DNA of 64,000 nt from IMG/VR virus record IMGVR_UViG_3300044673_000327, positions 21,289-85,288 of that record; one strand, written 5' to 3'. Source of the DNA: a virus. The notes under the pieces are model-generated. The model was given only the letters and a program-made list of their open reading frames with translations. It did not search any database and was not told where the DNA came from. The position numbers and the translations under genes were made by a program. Shown here piece by piece: positions 54,051 through 64,000 of the stretch. Numbering within the stretch: position 1 is the first letter of the stretch; every line of letters starts with the position of its first letter.

Positions 54051-57000
54051 ATGTCCGATCCCCTCACCCGTATTCTCCGCGTCGTTTCCCGCGACGGTAC
54101 TGAAGACATCGTACCGATCGGGGCTTTCGGTATCCCCGATTTTCAAGGGGATCTACCGCCGCTCACCCGTTCGAGTCAGTTAGTCGATTTCGCCCTACCC
54201 CATAATCAGAAGTACGGATCTGGGGAGTGGAGAGTTAACGAGAAGACGGGACAGCCTTATTTCGTCAAGATAGACTACGGGATCGAGGGGGATAAGTTCG
54301 ATCGACTGGTGGCGGGATTAAGAACTCAGACTACCCGTAAAGATAACTTCACCGGTCGGGCGTTAGGCAGGAGCGGGGGTAGGATCGGGAATCCCGATGT
54401 TCGTCCGATGCGGATCGTGACCTACGATAACCCCGATCTTAACGAGGGAACGGGGCAGATATTAGAGGTGACGGGGGTTAGTACCCTCGGGGAGAAGTAC
54501 CCCGCGCTGACCGGCAGGGATTGGAGCGGGGACATCTGGAGCGATCGGGATGGAGATGAACTGAAAGCCTTAAGCGATGAACAGAAAGAACGGGTAAAAC
54601 AACAGGCTACCGATTACGCCAGAGCGGAAGGGGCTGTACGCCCGGATGGAACGGTGGTTGGTCGGTACACGGGGGATACCCTCGGCGATCGCCGTAATTA
54701 CTTCGTCGATGGCGATACCCGCTATTCCAAACCGGGTTACTCCCCCTACTACTCCGACGCGAACGTTATCGATTTCAAGCCCGTGGGGGAACCTTTCCCT
54801 CTCTCGCGATCCCCGCGAAATATTCTCGACAAGATCGCCCTAGAACGGAGAGCGAACGCGGAATCGAAGATCGTTAACCCCGATGGCTCTATCATCCATA
54901 CCTCCCGTCAACCGATCGACGGGGTGGTGACGGATAGCGAGGGCAACGAGATCCTTTACCCCTCTCTCAACGACGCGGGATTAGAGAGTCTCGGGATCTA
55001 TAACAAGACGGGGGGATTCGTCTCTGGAGGGGAACGACAGAACGGTATCAAGTACGAGGGGATCGATATGCCTAAAAATCCCCTCAAGTTCGTGATACCG
55101 GGTGACGAGGATAATTATAACGCGGCGTTGAATTACCCGATGGACGGACAACCGGGGCGGAATATCGTACCGGTACGGGTCGGGGGATTACGGTATCAAC
55201 TCGGGTTGGCGGACAATAAACCCGATACGAATCAGTTCTCCGAGTTGGTCAAGCGGTACGCGGGGGGAGATTTCGATCCTCAAGACCTACCCGATTTCAT
55301 TCTGAACGCTCCCCCCGGCTCCATCCCGACCGACGGACGGGGTAAACCTTTCCACGGGGCGAGTAACCCGAGTATGAACAGTCTCGCCTACCGGATAGCG
55401 GAACAGGTAAAACTGAACCGACAGTTACGGGAAGCGAGTCAAGCCTTCAGCGAGAGTACCCTATTCCCCCGTAACCAACTGGAGACGCTGGACGGGACGG
55501 TAGCGGAGATCGATCGTACCCAGAAAGCTTATCTCTCCAGTAGTAAGAACCCCGTCGATCTATTACAGGGACACGCCAAGTTTTATCTTCAAGACGAGAA
55601 CACGAAAGATAACTTCGATTACGAACCCGCTATGAGCCACGAGGCGCGGGAGATCTTGAGCGATAACCCCAACTACGGCAAGACGATCACCACGGGCAAT
55701 ATTCCCCTCGTCGATAATCTATACCGTCAGGAGTTGAGGGAATCCAGGCCGAATGGGGGATTGGGGGTAAGAGGATTCGGTTCTGATTCCCGCGGTTTCT
55801 ACGCCGATTATTTCGGAAGGTTCGAGAATAAGAGAGTGGACGAGAACGGGAATCTTATTCGGACATTCGTTCAGAAACCCCTCTTTAAAACCGAGGCGGA
55901 TCGACAGTATGTCGATAGTCGATTAGTTGGAAAACGATTCGAGGACGAGAACTATCAACCGTTCGTGACGTGGGGGATGAAAGATGGCAAGCGAGTGGTG
56001 ATCGATGATGGTTCCCCGATCGGGCCGTATCTCCCCAGAGCTTACGAGCCGAAGGTAAATTCATCGTCCCCCCTAAACCCGATCGATTCGGTTATCACCT
56101 CGCTTCCCTCGGCTAACCTCTGGCTCGATGGGGGGAATCAATACCCCCTCGCGAGAACGGTCAAATGGATTAACGAGTATTGGCGACCGAATAATCCGAA
56201 AGCGGCGGGACTCGATCTCTCCAGAATGACCGAACCCGAGAAGTTCGAGTTAGATCGCGCCCTCGGACTCGTGACCGATGAACCGTTACCGATCGAACTG
56301 GCTTCCCTCTCAGATCCGAGAGCGGTAGCGGAAGGTGGGGTATCGAGCAGACCCCTGACCGATGAAGAGATTCGGGGACGGGGCGAGGGAAGAGAGAGCG
56401 ATCGGGTTTACGAGTGGAGTGCCAAAGCACCTGAATCCCAACTCGAACAGGTTTTCTTAGACTCGATGGATAACCCTCGAACCGGTGGGGTTCGACTCGG
56501 GGAAGTTCTCGGGTTGCCTTTTGTTAACCCCTCCACCCGAAAGGATGGAGTGAAATACTCTCTCTCTTCTATTATCGGGGGGGGTGATTCTTCTCCTAAT
56601 ACGACGGGAAATTTGGAAGATACTTTATCGCTCAAGGGAACCGGCTACAACCCCGAGAATCAAGACCTCTCGATCTTCGATCTTCCCGATAACGTGTTCG
56701 TTCTCGATTCCCCTCGTGAAACTCCAAAAATCCTGAGTGTTCAGGGGACGAAATCCGATAGCTACGACGGGGCGAGAGTACCGGGTTTTCTCAATCAACT
56801 ACGGGGTATGAGACAAGATCCCAAGACGGGACAGATGACCTACTCCGACAGGGCGAATATCGTCGGGGTTAACCCTCCCGAAGAAGTTCCCGCCAACGCC
56901 GACGAGATCGTGCAAGGTATGGGTTACGAGAACTACGCCCATTACCTTAACGAAAATCGATTCCTACACCCGAACCAGAATAAAGCGAAGGTGAAAGTCG

Positions 57001-58616
57001 ATCGCAAGAAGTTGTTCGTGACCGATACAAGTTACGACTTTAACGATCCTCTCGTACAAGACGCGGCTTTCGTTCCGTTTAAAGAGATCGCTAAGAATTC
57101 CGATGGAACGATTAACGATAAATATCTATTCGCTCCCGCTCGGTACTCTACTGGCGAGATGCCAGAGAAAGGATTGATGTACCCCTCCGCCGAAGACGAG
57201 TTCACGATTCTCGACGATCTACTCGGGAGAACCTATATCGAGTTCAACGGGAAGAAATATCCCATCGAACCGACCCCGATAGATCCGAAAGATCCCCTGC
57301 TCGAAGGAGCGATGACCCCGACGATCGAGAACGCGATTCAGGAGGGCAAGAGAAAGATCGCCATGATTAAATCGGAGTTGGGATTACGGAGAGGCAGAAG
57401 CCCGGCGCGGATCGAGAAGGAACTTAACCCCAAACTCGAACCGTGGGAAAGACCCGACCCGTCGGCGCGACAACAAGCCGTGGGCGCTCCGATTGTCTCG
57501 AACACACCGCTATGGGTAGACGAGAGCGTGACGGGACTCGCCGCCCCCTCGCTCGCCGATCTACCGCGGTTAACTCCCGAGATTAAGAACACCGTCTATC
57601 GCGAGCATTTCCCCAATACCAACTCGGGAGACTTCAACCCGAACCGAACGGATTTTCTCTCTTCCGATCGGGTAATCCCGAACGAGAAAGAGGCGACTAA
57701 ACCCTTCACCTTCTACGATGACATCATCCCCGTGGGCGAGTTGGACGACACGACCCTTAACGATCTGATCGCCCATTACGAGAAAGAGATCGCCCGCGCC
57801 GAGTTAGCCCGAGAGAAGGTGTACGGGTTACAGGAGGTTGACCCTATCGATCTCAAGGTGCGTTCCGTTGTCACCCCCGTAGCCGATAGAGATTCGTTCA
57901 AAAGCGTAGCCCGTCCATCCGTAGAGTTAACCCCCGAAGAGGTGGAAGAACTGCAACGACCGGGTAAAGAGCGAGCGGTCTCTAATCTCTCCGCTTTACT
58001 AGAGGAGATCAAGAAAACGAGAACCGCCCCGAGAATCCCGCTACCCGCGCCGATACCGAGAACCGAACGGGTCAGAGTTCCCGCCCCCGTACTCGCCCCC
58101 GAACGTGAACCATTACCGCCCCCGACCCTCGCCTCTATATTCGGCAACGAACCGGTGATCGATGTTCCCGCGGTCGAAGTACCCGAGACTCCCGTTCCCG
58201 CCGCTCCCGCTACCCCGAACAAGTCGGTATGGTTCGAGCCGGTAGAGGAGAGGAAGGAAAGAGAGGAGGTTTTAAATTCTCTTCTCGGGGGGAGTAGTCA
58301 ATTTGTCGGGGCAACTCCGAACACTCTCGATGAGTTATTGAACCAACCGATAATCTCTAGCCCTGTCGCTACCGCTACGAGACCCACCCCGGAAGAGAAT
58401 ATACAAACTCTTTCCTCTCCTTCCTCTCCTCCGAACGCCCCGATCGAGAACCCGAACGGGTTAGTTCGATTGCCCGATGGTCGGGTCGTACCCCGATGGA
58501 TGATCGCCCTCGGACTCGGGGGTGTGGCTCTCGGGGGATTGGCGGTAGGACGGGAACTGAGTCGGGATAATCGAGACGATCGCTCTAGTCGGGTCAGGGA
58601 TTGGTACGGGTACTAG
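54051..58616 (+). CDS. very large hypothetical protein with C-terminal TM helix (possible internal virion protein)
   Basis: 1521 aa; Pro-rich linker; WMIALGLGGVALGGLAVG; late-type promoter. Confidence 0.7.
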   Translation: MSDPLTRILRVVSRDGTEDIVPIGAFGIPDFQGDLPPLTRSSQLVDFALPHNQKYGSGEWRVNEKTGQPYFVKIDYGIEGDKFDRLVAGLRTQTTRKDNFTGRALGRSGGRIGNPDVRPMRIVTYDNPDLNEGTGQILEVTGVSTLGEKYPALTGRDWSGDIWSDRDGDELKALSDEQKERVKQQATDYARAEGAVRPDGTVVGRYTGDTLGDRRNYFVDGDTRYSKPGYSPYYSDANVIDFKPVGEPFPLSRSPRNILDKIALERRANAESKIVNPDGSIIHTSRQPIDGVVTDSEGNEILYPSLNDAGLESLGIYNKTGGFVSGGERQNGIKYEGIDMPKNPLKFVIPGDEDNYNAALNYPMDGQPGRNIVPVRVGGLRYQLGLADNKPDTNQFSELVKRYAGGDFDPQDLPDFILNAPPGSIPTDGRGKPFHGASNPSMNSLAYRIAEQVKLNRQLREASQAFSESTLFPRNQLETLDGTVAEIDRTQKAYLSSSKNPVDLLQGHAKFYLQDENTKDNFDYEPAMSHEAREILSDNPNYGKTITTGNIPLVDNLYRQELRESRPNGGLGVRGFGSDSRGFYADYFGRFENKRVDENGNLIRTFVQKPLFKTEADRQYVDSRLVGKRFEDENYQPFVTWGMKDGKRVVIDDGSPIGPYLPRAYEPKVNSSSPLNPIDSVITSLPSANLWLDGGNQYPLARTVKWINEYWRPNNPKAAGLDLSRMTEPEKFELDRALGLVTDEPLPIELASLSDPRAVAEGGVSSRPLTDEEIRGRGEGRESDRVYEWSAKAPESQLEQVFLDSMDNPRTGGVRLGEVLGLPFVNPSTRKDGVKYSLSSIIGGGDSSPNTTGNLEDTLSLKGTGYNPENQDLSIFDLPDNVFVLDSPRETPKILSVQGTKSDSYDGARVPGFLNQLRGMRQDPKTGQMTYSDRANIVGVNPPEEVPANADEIVQGMGYENYAHYLNENRFLHPNQNKAKVKVDRKKLFVTDTSYDFNDPLVQDAAFVPFKEIAKNSDGTINDKYLFAPARYSTGEMPEKGLMYPSAEDEFTILDDLLGRTYIEFNGKKYPIEPTPIDPKDPLLEGAMTPTIENAIQEGKRKIAMIKSELGLRRGRSPARIEKELNPKLEPWERPDPSARQQAVGAPIVSNTPLWVDESVTGLAAPSLADLPRLTPEIKNTVYREHFPNTNSGDFNPNRTDFLSSDRVIPNEKEATKPFTFYDDIIPVGELDDTTLNDLIAHYEKEIARAELAREKVYGLQEVDPIDLKVRSVVTPVADRDSFKSVARPSVELTPEEVEELQRPGKERAVSNLSALLEEIKKTRTAPRIPLPAPIPRTERVRVPAPVLAPEREPLPPPTLASIFGNEPVIDVPAVEVPETPVPAAPATPNKSVWFEPVEERKEREEVLNSLLGGSSQFVGATPNTLDELLNQPIISSPVATATRPTPEENIQTLSSPSSPPNAPIENPNGLVRLPDGRVVPRWMIALGLGGVALGGLAVGRELSRDNRDDRSSRVRDWYGY

Positions 58617-58641
58617 ATCGTCAATCGATTCCTTTAATCGG

Positions 58642-58668
58642 AATAGCTACGCTACGGGGGGGGTGAGT
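58642..58668 (+). promoter_or_regulatory. class 2 motif
   Basis: AATAGCTACGCT-ACGGGGGGGG-TGAGT. Confidence 0.75.
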
Positions 58669-58691
58669 TTTTTTATTCACCCTCTCTTGTT

Positions 58692-58910
58692 ATGGCTAAA
58701 GATCTAGAAACGGAAAAGAGTTTTGAAGAGATTAAGCGGGATGAAACGCTCGCTAACTTCCGCGTGTTCGCCACTCTCGTATCCCCTCGCTGTCCTATTT
58801 GCGATGGGGATGGATATACCTACGAACTGGAAGAAGCGGTGATCGATACCGAGTACGGTACTCGAATAGAGACACGGGTAAGTCGGATTCACTGTACGAA
58901 CTGCCAGTAA
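58692..58910 (+). CDS. small Zn-finger protein
   Basis: CPICDGDG ... CTNC. Confidence 0.65.
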   Translation: MAKDLETEKSFEEIKRDETLANFRVFATLVSPRCPICDGDGYTYELEEAVIDTEYGTRIETRVSRIHCTNCQ

Positions 58911-58977
58911 AAAACCCGTTCGAGAACGGGGATAAATCTCAGGGTTGCGAAGTTCAAATTTACCCCTTCATTTTATC

Positions 58978-59745
58978 ATGAATACATCGACGGTTGTATC
59001 TTCCCTACAGTACGATCGATACTATGTAGAGAAGAATTATCGGGAACTTCAGAAAGTGAGTACCAAGTCCTCGATCGATCTATCGGAGTTATCCTATAAC
59101 CGACTTCGATTACTCGCCCTCAAGATCAATTCGGTCAAACAATGCCACATCATCCGGGTAGGGAAACACGATCGAGAATCCCTGATCGAGACGATACGAT
59201 CTACCCTGATACTTACCTCTCGCGCTAAATCGATGTGGAACCTAACCGATGATGATTGGGTGACTCGGGATATAGGACACCCCCATCGCGCGGCGCTCGT
59301 CGAGAATCGTTTTATCCATCGGGGTAAGGCGATACTCTGGACGACCTGTATCGGAAGGGAATCCCTCTCTAAAGCCCTTCAGTTACGGCGATGGCTGATC
59401 GATAAAGGACAGGTCAACGTCGTGGGTTTTCGGAAACGACAGAGATTACCGGCTGGTTGCGGGATGGATTGGGAACTCAAGTGTTGGGGGTTGAGAGAGG
59501 GAACCCTAGAAAAGCTCGCCGAACTAGAACTCGATCGCCAGAAGAAACTCGGTATCGAATTCCCTACCGTGGAACCTATAGATCCCCTCTCCGAATCCGA
59601 GATAAAGATCTGGAAAGAACATTTCGAGGACTTACAGAACTTCAAATCGGAAGGGTTAGACGAACTCTATCGAGAGGCGTTAAAAGAAGCGGAAGAGAAT
59701 CGGATCGTACTCGTCAACGATCGTCTCTATCGTAAGGTCGTTTAG
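58978..59745 (+). CDS. hypothetical protein with Rho-N/HEH-like segment
   Basis: ATG at 58978; LSELSYNRLRLLA..RESLIETI. Confidence 0.6.
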   Translation: MNTSTVVSSLQYDRYYVEKNYRELQKVSTKSSIDLSELSYNRLRLLALKINSVKQCHIIRVGKHDRESLIETIRSTLILTSRAKSMWNLTDDDWVTRDIGHPHRAALVENRFIHRGKAILWTTCIGRESLSKALQLRRWLIDKGQVNVVGFRKRQRLPAGCGMDWELKCWGLREGTLEKLAELELDRQKKLGIEFPTVEPIDPLSESEIKIWKEHFEDLQNFKSEGLDELYREALKEAEENRIVLVNDRLYRKVV

Positions 59746-59870
59746 AAGAAGAGAGGAAAGAAGGAAGGAGTGATTTATTTAATTAATTCACTTCGTTCTT
59801 TATCTTTCCAAACCCGAACGCTTTACCGTATCGGGTATTCCTATCACCGTTCTCTCACTCCCTCTCGGGG

Positions 59871-59897
59871 GAAAGCTACGCTACGTAGGAGATGAGT
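59871..59897 (+). promoter_or_regulatory. class 2 motif
   Basis: GAAAGCTACGCT-N10-TGAGT. Confidence 0.7.
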
Positions 59898-60053
59898 TAA
59901 ACCTATCGAGTGGGTAACTAGATCTAGGTTTGTATTTATTTATAGATCTAGTTCTAGATCCACTTATTCGATAAAATAGTAGATAGACAATCTACTTGTC
60001 ATTTACACGACTCGACCACTTTACACGATCACACAATTTAAGGGTTCGTACCT

Positions 60054-61073
60054 ATGGCTACCGCCAATAAAACCAAGTCCGATGTTTCCGTTCCCGCTAC
60101 CGAACTGACCGTCACCGATACCGTGACCGCTCCCTCTTTGCTATCGGGTGATGATGCCCGTAAAGCGATGGAAGATTTCTTCGGTGATGACCCGAAATAT
60201 ATCGGTACGATGACCTCTTTCCCCGTGGCTATCGTTCTCAACGGCAGTGACGCGACGTTCGGTATCTTCCTCAAAGAAGACGAGATGCAACGGGCGGGAT
60301 GGAAAACCGATCTCTCTCACAACGGGGAGAAGCGGTTACACCAGTTCCGTTCGGGAAGTAAAGAGAAGAAGCCCGGTTTATTGTTCCGCGCTCCTTTTGT
60401 CCATATCATCGATCAATCCGGTCGTTGGATCGAGATTAAACGGAACGAGCGGAACGGCGATCTTCATCCCGAACTCGGTAAATCGGGAACCATCATCGGG
60501 GAGTACGCCGATCGTAACGGACGGATCGATCCGGTATACGCCGCCGCTTACGAAAAGCTGAAAGTCGATGAACTGGCTACCCTGCGGACTATCTACCTGA
60601 TCCGTTTCGTCAACGAGTCCGGTCAATCCCTACACGATATTCCTTTCGCGTTATCCATTCACGGGACTACAGCCGTGGAATTCTCGAAGGCGATCGATAC
60701 CGTTCGGGTGAGCGCGTTCAGTAAACCCCTCAGTCCCGAAGCTTTCTCGCTTCTGGTCTGGAAACCGGTATTCGCCGCGGATCTCGTCGGCAGTGGCGAT
60801 AAACAATCCTACTGCACGATTATCTCGAAAGACGATTCGGGGAAACTGCAACAGGATTTCGCGATTCCCTCGAATCCGAAAGAGTTGGAAGAAGAGTTCA
60901 ACGCCATCCGGGAAGCTAACGGTAACTTCGCTTGGCGGTTCTTCGAGTCGAACGAGTATCACCCGTTCGCGAAAGCCCTGACCGAGAGAACCAATCTGCT
61001 GGCAGTGGGATTTGATGAATACGATCTACCCATCAATCAAGACGATCCTTCTTTCGATCGGATTCCTTACTAA
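60054..61073 (+). CDS. DUF5895-like protein (putative ssDNA-binding/annealing)
   Basis: GIFL....AGW, H.F.SG...GLLF..P, YLIRFVN...LHDIP..L...G; acidic tail. Confidence 0.6.
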   Translation: MATANKTKSDVSVPATELTVTDTVTAPSLLSGDDARKAMEDFFGDDPKYIGTMTSFPVAIVLNGSDATFGIFLKEDEMQRAGWKTDLSHNGEKRLHQFRSGSKEKKPGLLFRAPFVHIIDQSGRWIEIKRNERNGDLHPELGKSGTIIGEYADRNGRIDPVYAAAYEKLKVDELATLRTIYLIRFVNESGQSLHDIPFALSIHGTTAVEFSKAIDTVRVSAFSKPLSPEAFSLLVWKPVFAADLVGSGDKQSYCTIISKDDSGKLQQDFAIPSNPKELEEEFNAIREANGNFAWRFFESNEYHPFAKALTERTNLLAVGFDEYDLPINQDDPSFDRIPY

Positions 61074-61148
61074 CCTTATTCCGTGATCTCGGGGGTACTC
61101 GCTACCCCCTTTTCTTTTTAAGATCGGGATACTCTCTCCCCGTCTAGT

Positions 61149-61739
61149 ATGAACGATCCCCAACCCCGTCCCTTTACCGCCATCGACTTTATCAAGAATT
61201 TCGTTCAACTCGTCATGACCTACCCGAAAGTGTCCGTACCGTATCCCTTCGTCCTCGATGACACGACATCGAAGATTCTCGAATCCCTCGAACCTAGAAT
61301 CAAAGACGATCTCTATCACTCGATCCAGTGTCTTTATAGTGCCGCTTTACTTTATCGGGGGACGGGATTTATTCCCGTTGTTGATGAAACGTTAACCGAC
61401 GCGAGAGATCTAGAAACCATCGTGGTTCATATTGTCGAATCCCGTCTTCCGAACTCCATCCACACCCCGCTCACCGATAAAGACTCTTTCCTCACCCCCG
61501 AGGAGACGATCGGTTTAATGTCCGACGAGAGATTACGGCAGAAGATCCGCGATCTCGATAAGTCCCTCTGGCTTAAAGCGAAGAGACACCTACCCCAATT
61601 CACACCCTCGAACGGATGTCACCCCTCTTACCCGAACTGGTTGGAGAACGGGGTTAATCCTTTCACCGTGGCTCTCTACCTCGATGTTCGTACCGAACGG
61701 TGGGAACCCGTTCAACTCATTCTCAAGGAACGTCGATAA
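61149..61739 (+). CDS. hypothetical protein
   Basis: 196 aa. Confidence 0.65.
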   Translation: MNDPQPRPFTAIDFIKNFVQLVMTYPKVSVPYPFVLDDTTSKILESLEPRIKDDLYHSIQCLYSAALLYRGTGFIPVVDETLTDARDLETIVVHIVESRLPNSIHTPLTDKDSFLTPEETIGLMSDERLRQKIRDLDKSLWLKAKRHLPQFTPSNGCHPSYPNWLENGVNPFTVALYLDVRTERWEPVQLILKERR

Positions 61740-61790
61740 TTCTTGTTCCCTAACCCCTAATCGATAACCTCTATACCTCACCCTAGAACT

Positions 61791-62327
61791 ATGCCGACCG
61801 ACGAATTAAAAACCAGAAACAAAACCTCTTTCCTCTCCTCTCCTTCCTCTCCTCTTGCCGAAGACTCCGATACCCCCGAGGAGGTCTTGAGATACCTCGA
61901 CCTACGGGAACAGAGAGAGGTGGTCGATGCCGCGCTCAAGGAACTAGAACCCCTCGTTATCCGATGGGGGGAAAAACAGATCCGGGAATGTCGATTAACC
62001 TCCAAGACCTTACCGATCCCCGAACTGGAAGCGAAGGGTAAGCAACTCTCGATCACCGAGAAAAAGACCCACGATAAGAACAACCCCGAACTGGTTCTTC
62101 TCGACGAGATGATCGACGAGCAGAAAGCGATCGCCGCCCGCAAGAACAAGAAAGAGATCAACCGATTGATGTCGGAGATCGGGAAACTCCAAGAAGCCCT
62201 GCAACGGGTAACGATCACCCCGCGAGGTTTCGATCTGACGCGGAAGAAAGACGAACTTCTGGAGCGGATCACCTATCGGGCTAAAGGTCTGATGGTTCGG
62301 AATATCAAGGGGAAGAGCGATCGATGA
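61791..62327 (+). CDS. hypothetical coiled-coil protein
   Basis: 178 aa. Confidence 0.65.
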   Translation: MPTDELKTRNKTSFLSSPSSPLAEDSDTPEEVLRYLDLREQREVVDAALKELEPLVIRWGEKQIRECRLTSKTLPIPELEAKGKQLSITEKKTHDKNNPELVLLDEMIDEQKAIAARKNKKEINRLMSEIGKLQEALQRVTITPRGFDLTRKKDELLERITYRAKGLMVRNIKGKSDR

Positions 62328-62905
62328 ACAGAACCGGCAAACTACAGAAAGAACGGACGGCGTTAGATTTCTACGAGACTCCCGAGGAACTGACGCTTTC
62401 ACTCCTCAAACACTGCCCCGCGATTACCCGAGCGAGTTCTATTCTCGAACCCTGCAACGGTCACGGGGCTATCTCTCGGGTACTGGAACGGGAGATCAAA
62501 AAGTGCGAGATCGTCACCAATGACATCGATCCCGAGAAGCCAGCCGATTTTAATTTCGACGCGACCGGTTCTATTCATTGGAAGATGAAATTTCCCGATT
62601 GGGTGATCACCAACCCACCGTTCAATCAATCGGGTCGGATTATTTCTCTCGCTTACCGTCACGCTTTATTAGGTATCGCTTTTCTACTTCCCCTCAATTT
62701 TCTCGAACCCTGTAAGGATCGGGTGGATTTCTTGAGAGCGGCGGGCGATCCCGATCGGGTGATCGTATTTAATCCCCGCCCCCGCTTCCGCCCCGATACC
62801 GATAAGACGGATTCTAAGACCGTCGCGTGGTTCGTGTGGCACAAAGAACCGTTCAAGGTTCATTACAGTCCAACTTTTATTTACGAGACAGGATGGAGAA
62901 AATGA
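62324..62905 (+). CDS. DNA adenine (N6) methyltransferase
   Basis: DFYETP, ILEPCNGHGAI, NDID, ITNPPF. Confidence 0.85.
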   Translation: MNRTGKLQKERTALDFYETPEELTLSLLKHCPAITRASSILEPCNGHGAISRVLEREIKKCEIVTNDIDPEKPADFNFDATGSIHWKMKFPDWVITNPPFNQSGRIISLAYRHALLGIAFLLPLNFLEPCKDRVDFLRAAGDPDRVIVFNPRPRFRPDTDKTDSKTVAWFVWHKEPFKVHYSPTFIYETGWRK

Positions 62906-63195
62906 AACAAGAACAGATAAAACAACTCAAGAACCTGATCGATCAAACCGTGACTTGGACAAGTAGCGCGCAAGGATGCGAAAAAAAGAAAACAGGGAAA
63001 GTGATAGATTATATTCCGCCTAGTTACGACGCATACGATCTATTACCTTATGGTGCGGATCTAAGTAGCTTAAAGTTTCAGCGCGAATCCTCCGTCCCCC
63101 GTCTTCTGGTCGAGGTTCCTCGCTTTCACAAAAAGACCGGTAAAGAACTTCCCTCTTTCTATTACGCTCCGTTAGCGAGTCGTTTCCTGAAATGA
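62902..63195 (+). CDS. hypothetical protein
   Basis: ATG at 62902 with GGAG SD; VTWTSSAQG..KTGKV. Confidence 0.65.
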   Translation: MKQEQIKQLKNLIDQTVTWTSSAQGCEKKKTGKVIDYIPPSYDAYDLLPYGADLSSLKFQRESSVPRLLVEVPRFHKKTGKELPSFYYAPLASRFLK

Positions 63196-63410
63196 ATAAA
63201 CTCCGATTCAAAGCCCTCGAAAAGATAATCGATGCCCAAATATCGGGTGTTGAACCCTATCCATCCAAAGCACAGATTTACCTCAATATGGAAAAGGATG
63301 GGTTGGTAGAACGATCCACTACTGAACTTGGCGAGGAAGGTTGGATTCTTACCACAAAAGGAAAAGCGGATTGGATTAATAACGTGAGGATGAAAAGAAG
63401 TTATGAATAA
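63192..63410 (+). CDS. small winged-helix-like protein
   Basis: MEKDGLVE...WILTTKGK. Confidence 0.5.
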   Translation: MNKLRFKALEKIIDAQISGVEPYPSKAQIYLNMEKDGLVERSTTELGEEGWILTTKGKADWINNVRMKRSYE

Positions 63411-63696
63411 ATTAATCACCGCGCTACCCGATCAAGCCCCTTGTCTTCCTTTTGATAAATCTTTTGCCGAGCAGAAGGATAGGCTAATCTCTATCCTAGA
63501 AAATGCCCTAGAAAAGATCGGGGAAGAAGAGGGATTAGATCCCGAATTAGATTTTTTCTGTCATCTGATTAACTATCTGCTCGGTGAATTACATTCGGGC
63601 AATCGAGAGGTTATTCGTCTTTGTTATTTAGTCTGTCAAGATGACCTCGATCGGAAAATCACCAAGCTCAGAGAATATGCCGAGGAGTATCTTTAA
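63403..63696 (+). CDS. hypothetical protein
   Basis: 97 aa. Confidence 0.6.
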   Translation: MNKLITALPDQAPCLPFDKSFAEQKDRLISILENALEKIGEEEGLDPELDFFCHLINYLLGELHSGNREVIRLCYLVCQDDLDRKITKLREYAEEYL

Positions 63697-63719
63697 TCTA
63701 AACAGAGAGAAAGAAAAGA

Positions 63720-63953
63720 ATGAGTGATTCAATATTTTTTGTTTTAATCTCCCCCTACATGGACTCTATTAAAATTTGCGAGGGGGATTCCGTACAGAAC
63801 GCTCTCCGAAGCTTCCGATCTTCCGTTTGGAAACAAGGATCGGGAGCCGATGAAAGAGTTAATGAAGAGTACGGGGGGTGGGGAGTTTACGAATGGCAAG
63901 AGAGAAATTTAATTTATCTCGCTACTTTTGCGGAATTTGATTACGGGATGTAA
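63720..63953 (+). CDS. hypothetical protein
   Basis: 77 aa. Confidence 0.55.
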   Translation: MSDSIFFVLISPYMDSIKICEGDSVQNALRSFRSSVWKQGSGADERVNEEYGGWGVYEWQERNLIYLATFAEFDYGM

Positions 63954-64000
63954 TTAATTTATGACGCTTATCGAAAGTAAAAGAACATGATAGATCTTAT

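Noticed and set aside
54540-54560. DRDGD in the 1521-aa protein as a virion RNA polymerase active site
   Set aside because: It lacks the (N)A/G-D-F/Y-D-G-D context and other barrel motifs; a chance match is likely in an acidic Gly-rich protein

Overview
The window is part of a large tailed dsDNA phage genome, most likely a cyanophage. Host clues are dense HIP1-type CGATCG/GCGATCGC, a cyanobacterial type I-D-like CRISPR repeat fragment, a DUF5895-like gene and a cyanobacterial-type lysin N-terminus. The minus strand mostly carries morphogenesis genes: tail fibres, N4-gp56-like major capsid protein, scaffold, portal, terminase subunits, and a cluster of ejection/DNA-pilot-like proteins. Plus-strand units carry early/middle genes, including SSB, an adenine MTase and an 875-aa single-subunit two-barrel (YonO/QDE-1 RdRP-family) RNA polymerase. 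The main unannotated structure is a three-class regulatory grammar. Class 1 is TAGGTWAGCCCTTCGGG-N11-TGTAA (10 copies), paired with hairpin-T-tract-CACGGGCT ends (8 copies) that bracket self-contained gene cassettes. Class 2 is WAGCTACGCT-N10-TGART (6 copies). Class 3 is TAGGAADACT before late genes, which fits the encoded sigma factor that appears to lack region 4. Other highlights: a one-spacer CRISPR mini-array/Racr-like unit, a tRNA-like RNA with three T-arms, and an HNH element that brought a synonymously recoded replacement for the capsid gene 3' end. There is also a stand-alone EAL phosphodiesterase, an ART / Macro-SLOG / DUF4326 ADP-ribose set, a RuvC-less TnpB fragment and a 635-nt portal/scaffold overlap. 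All family calls come from motif recognition by eye; no searches were run.
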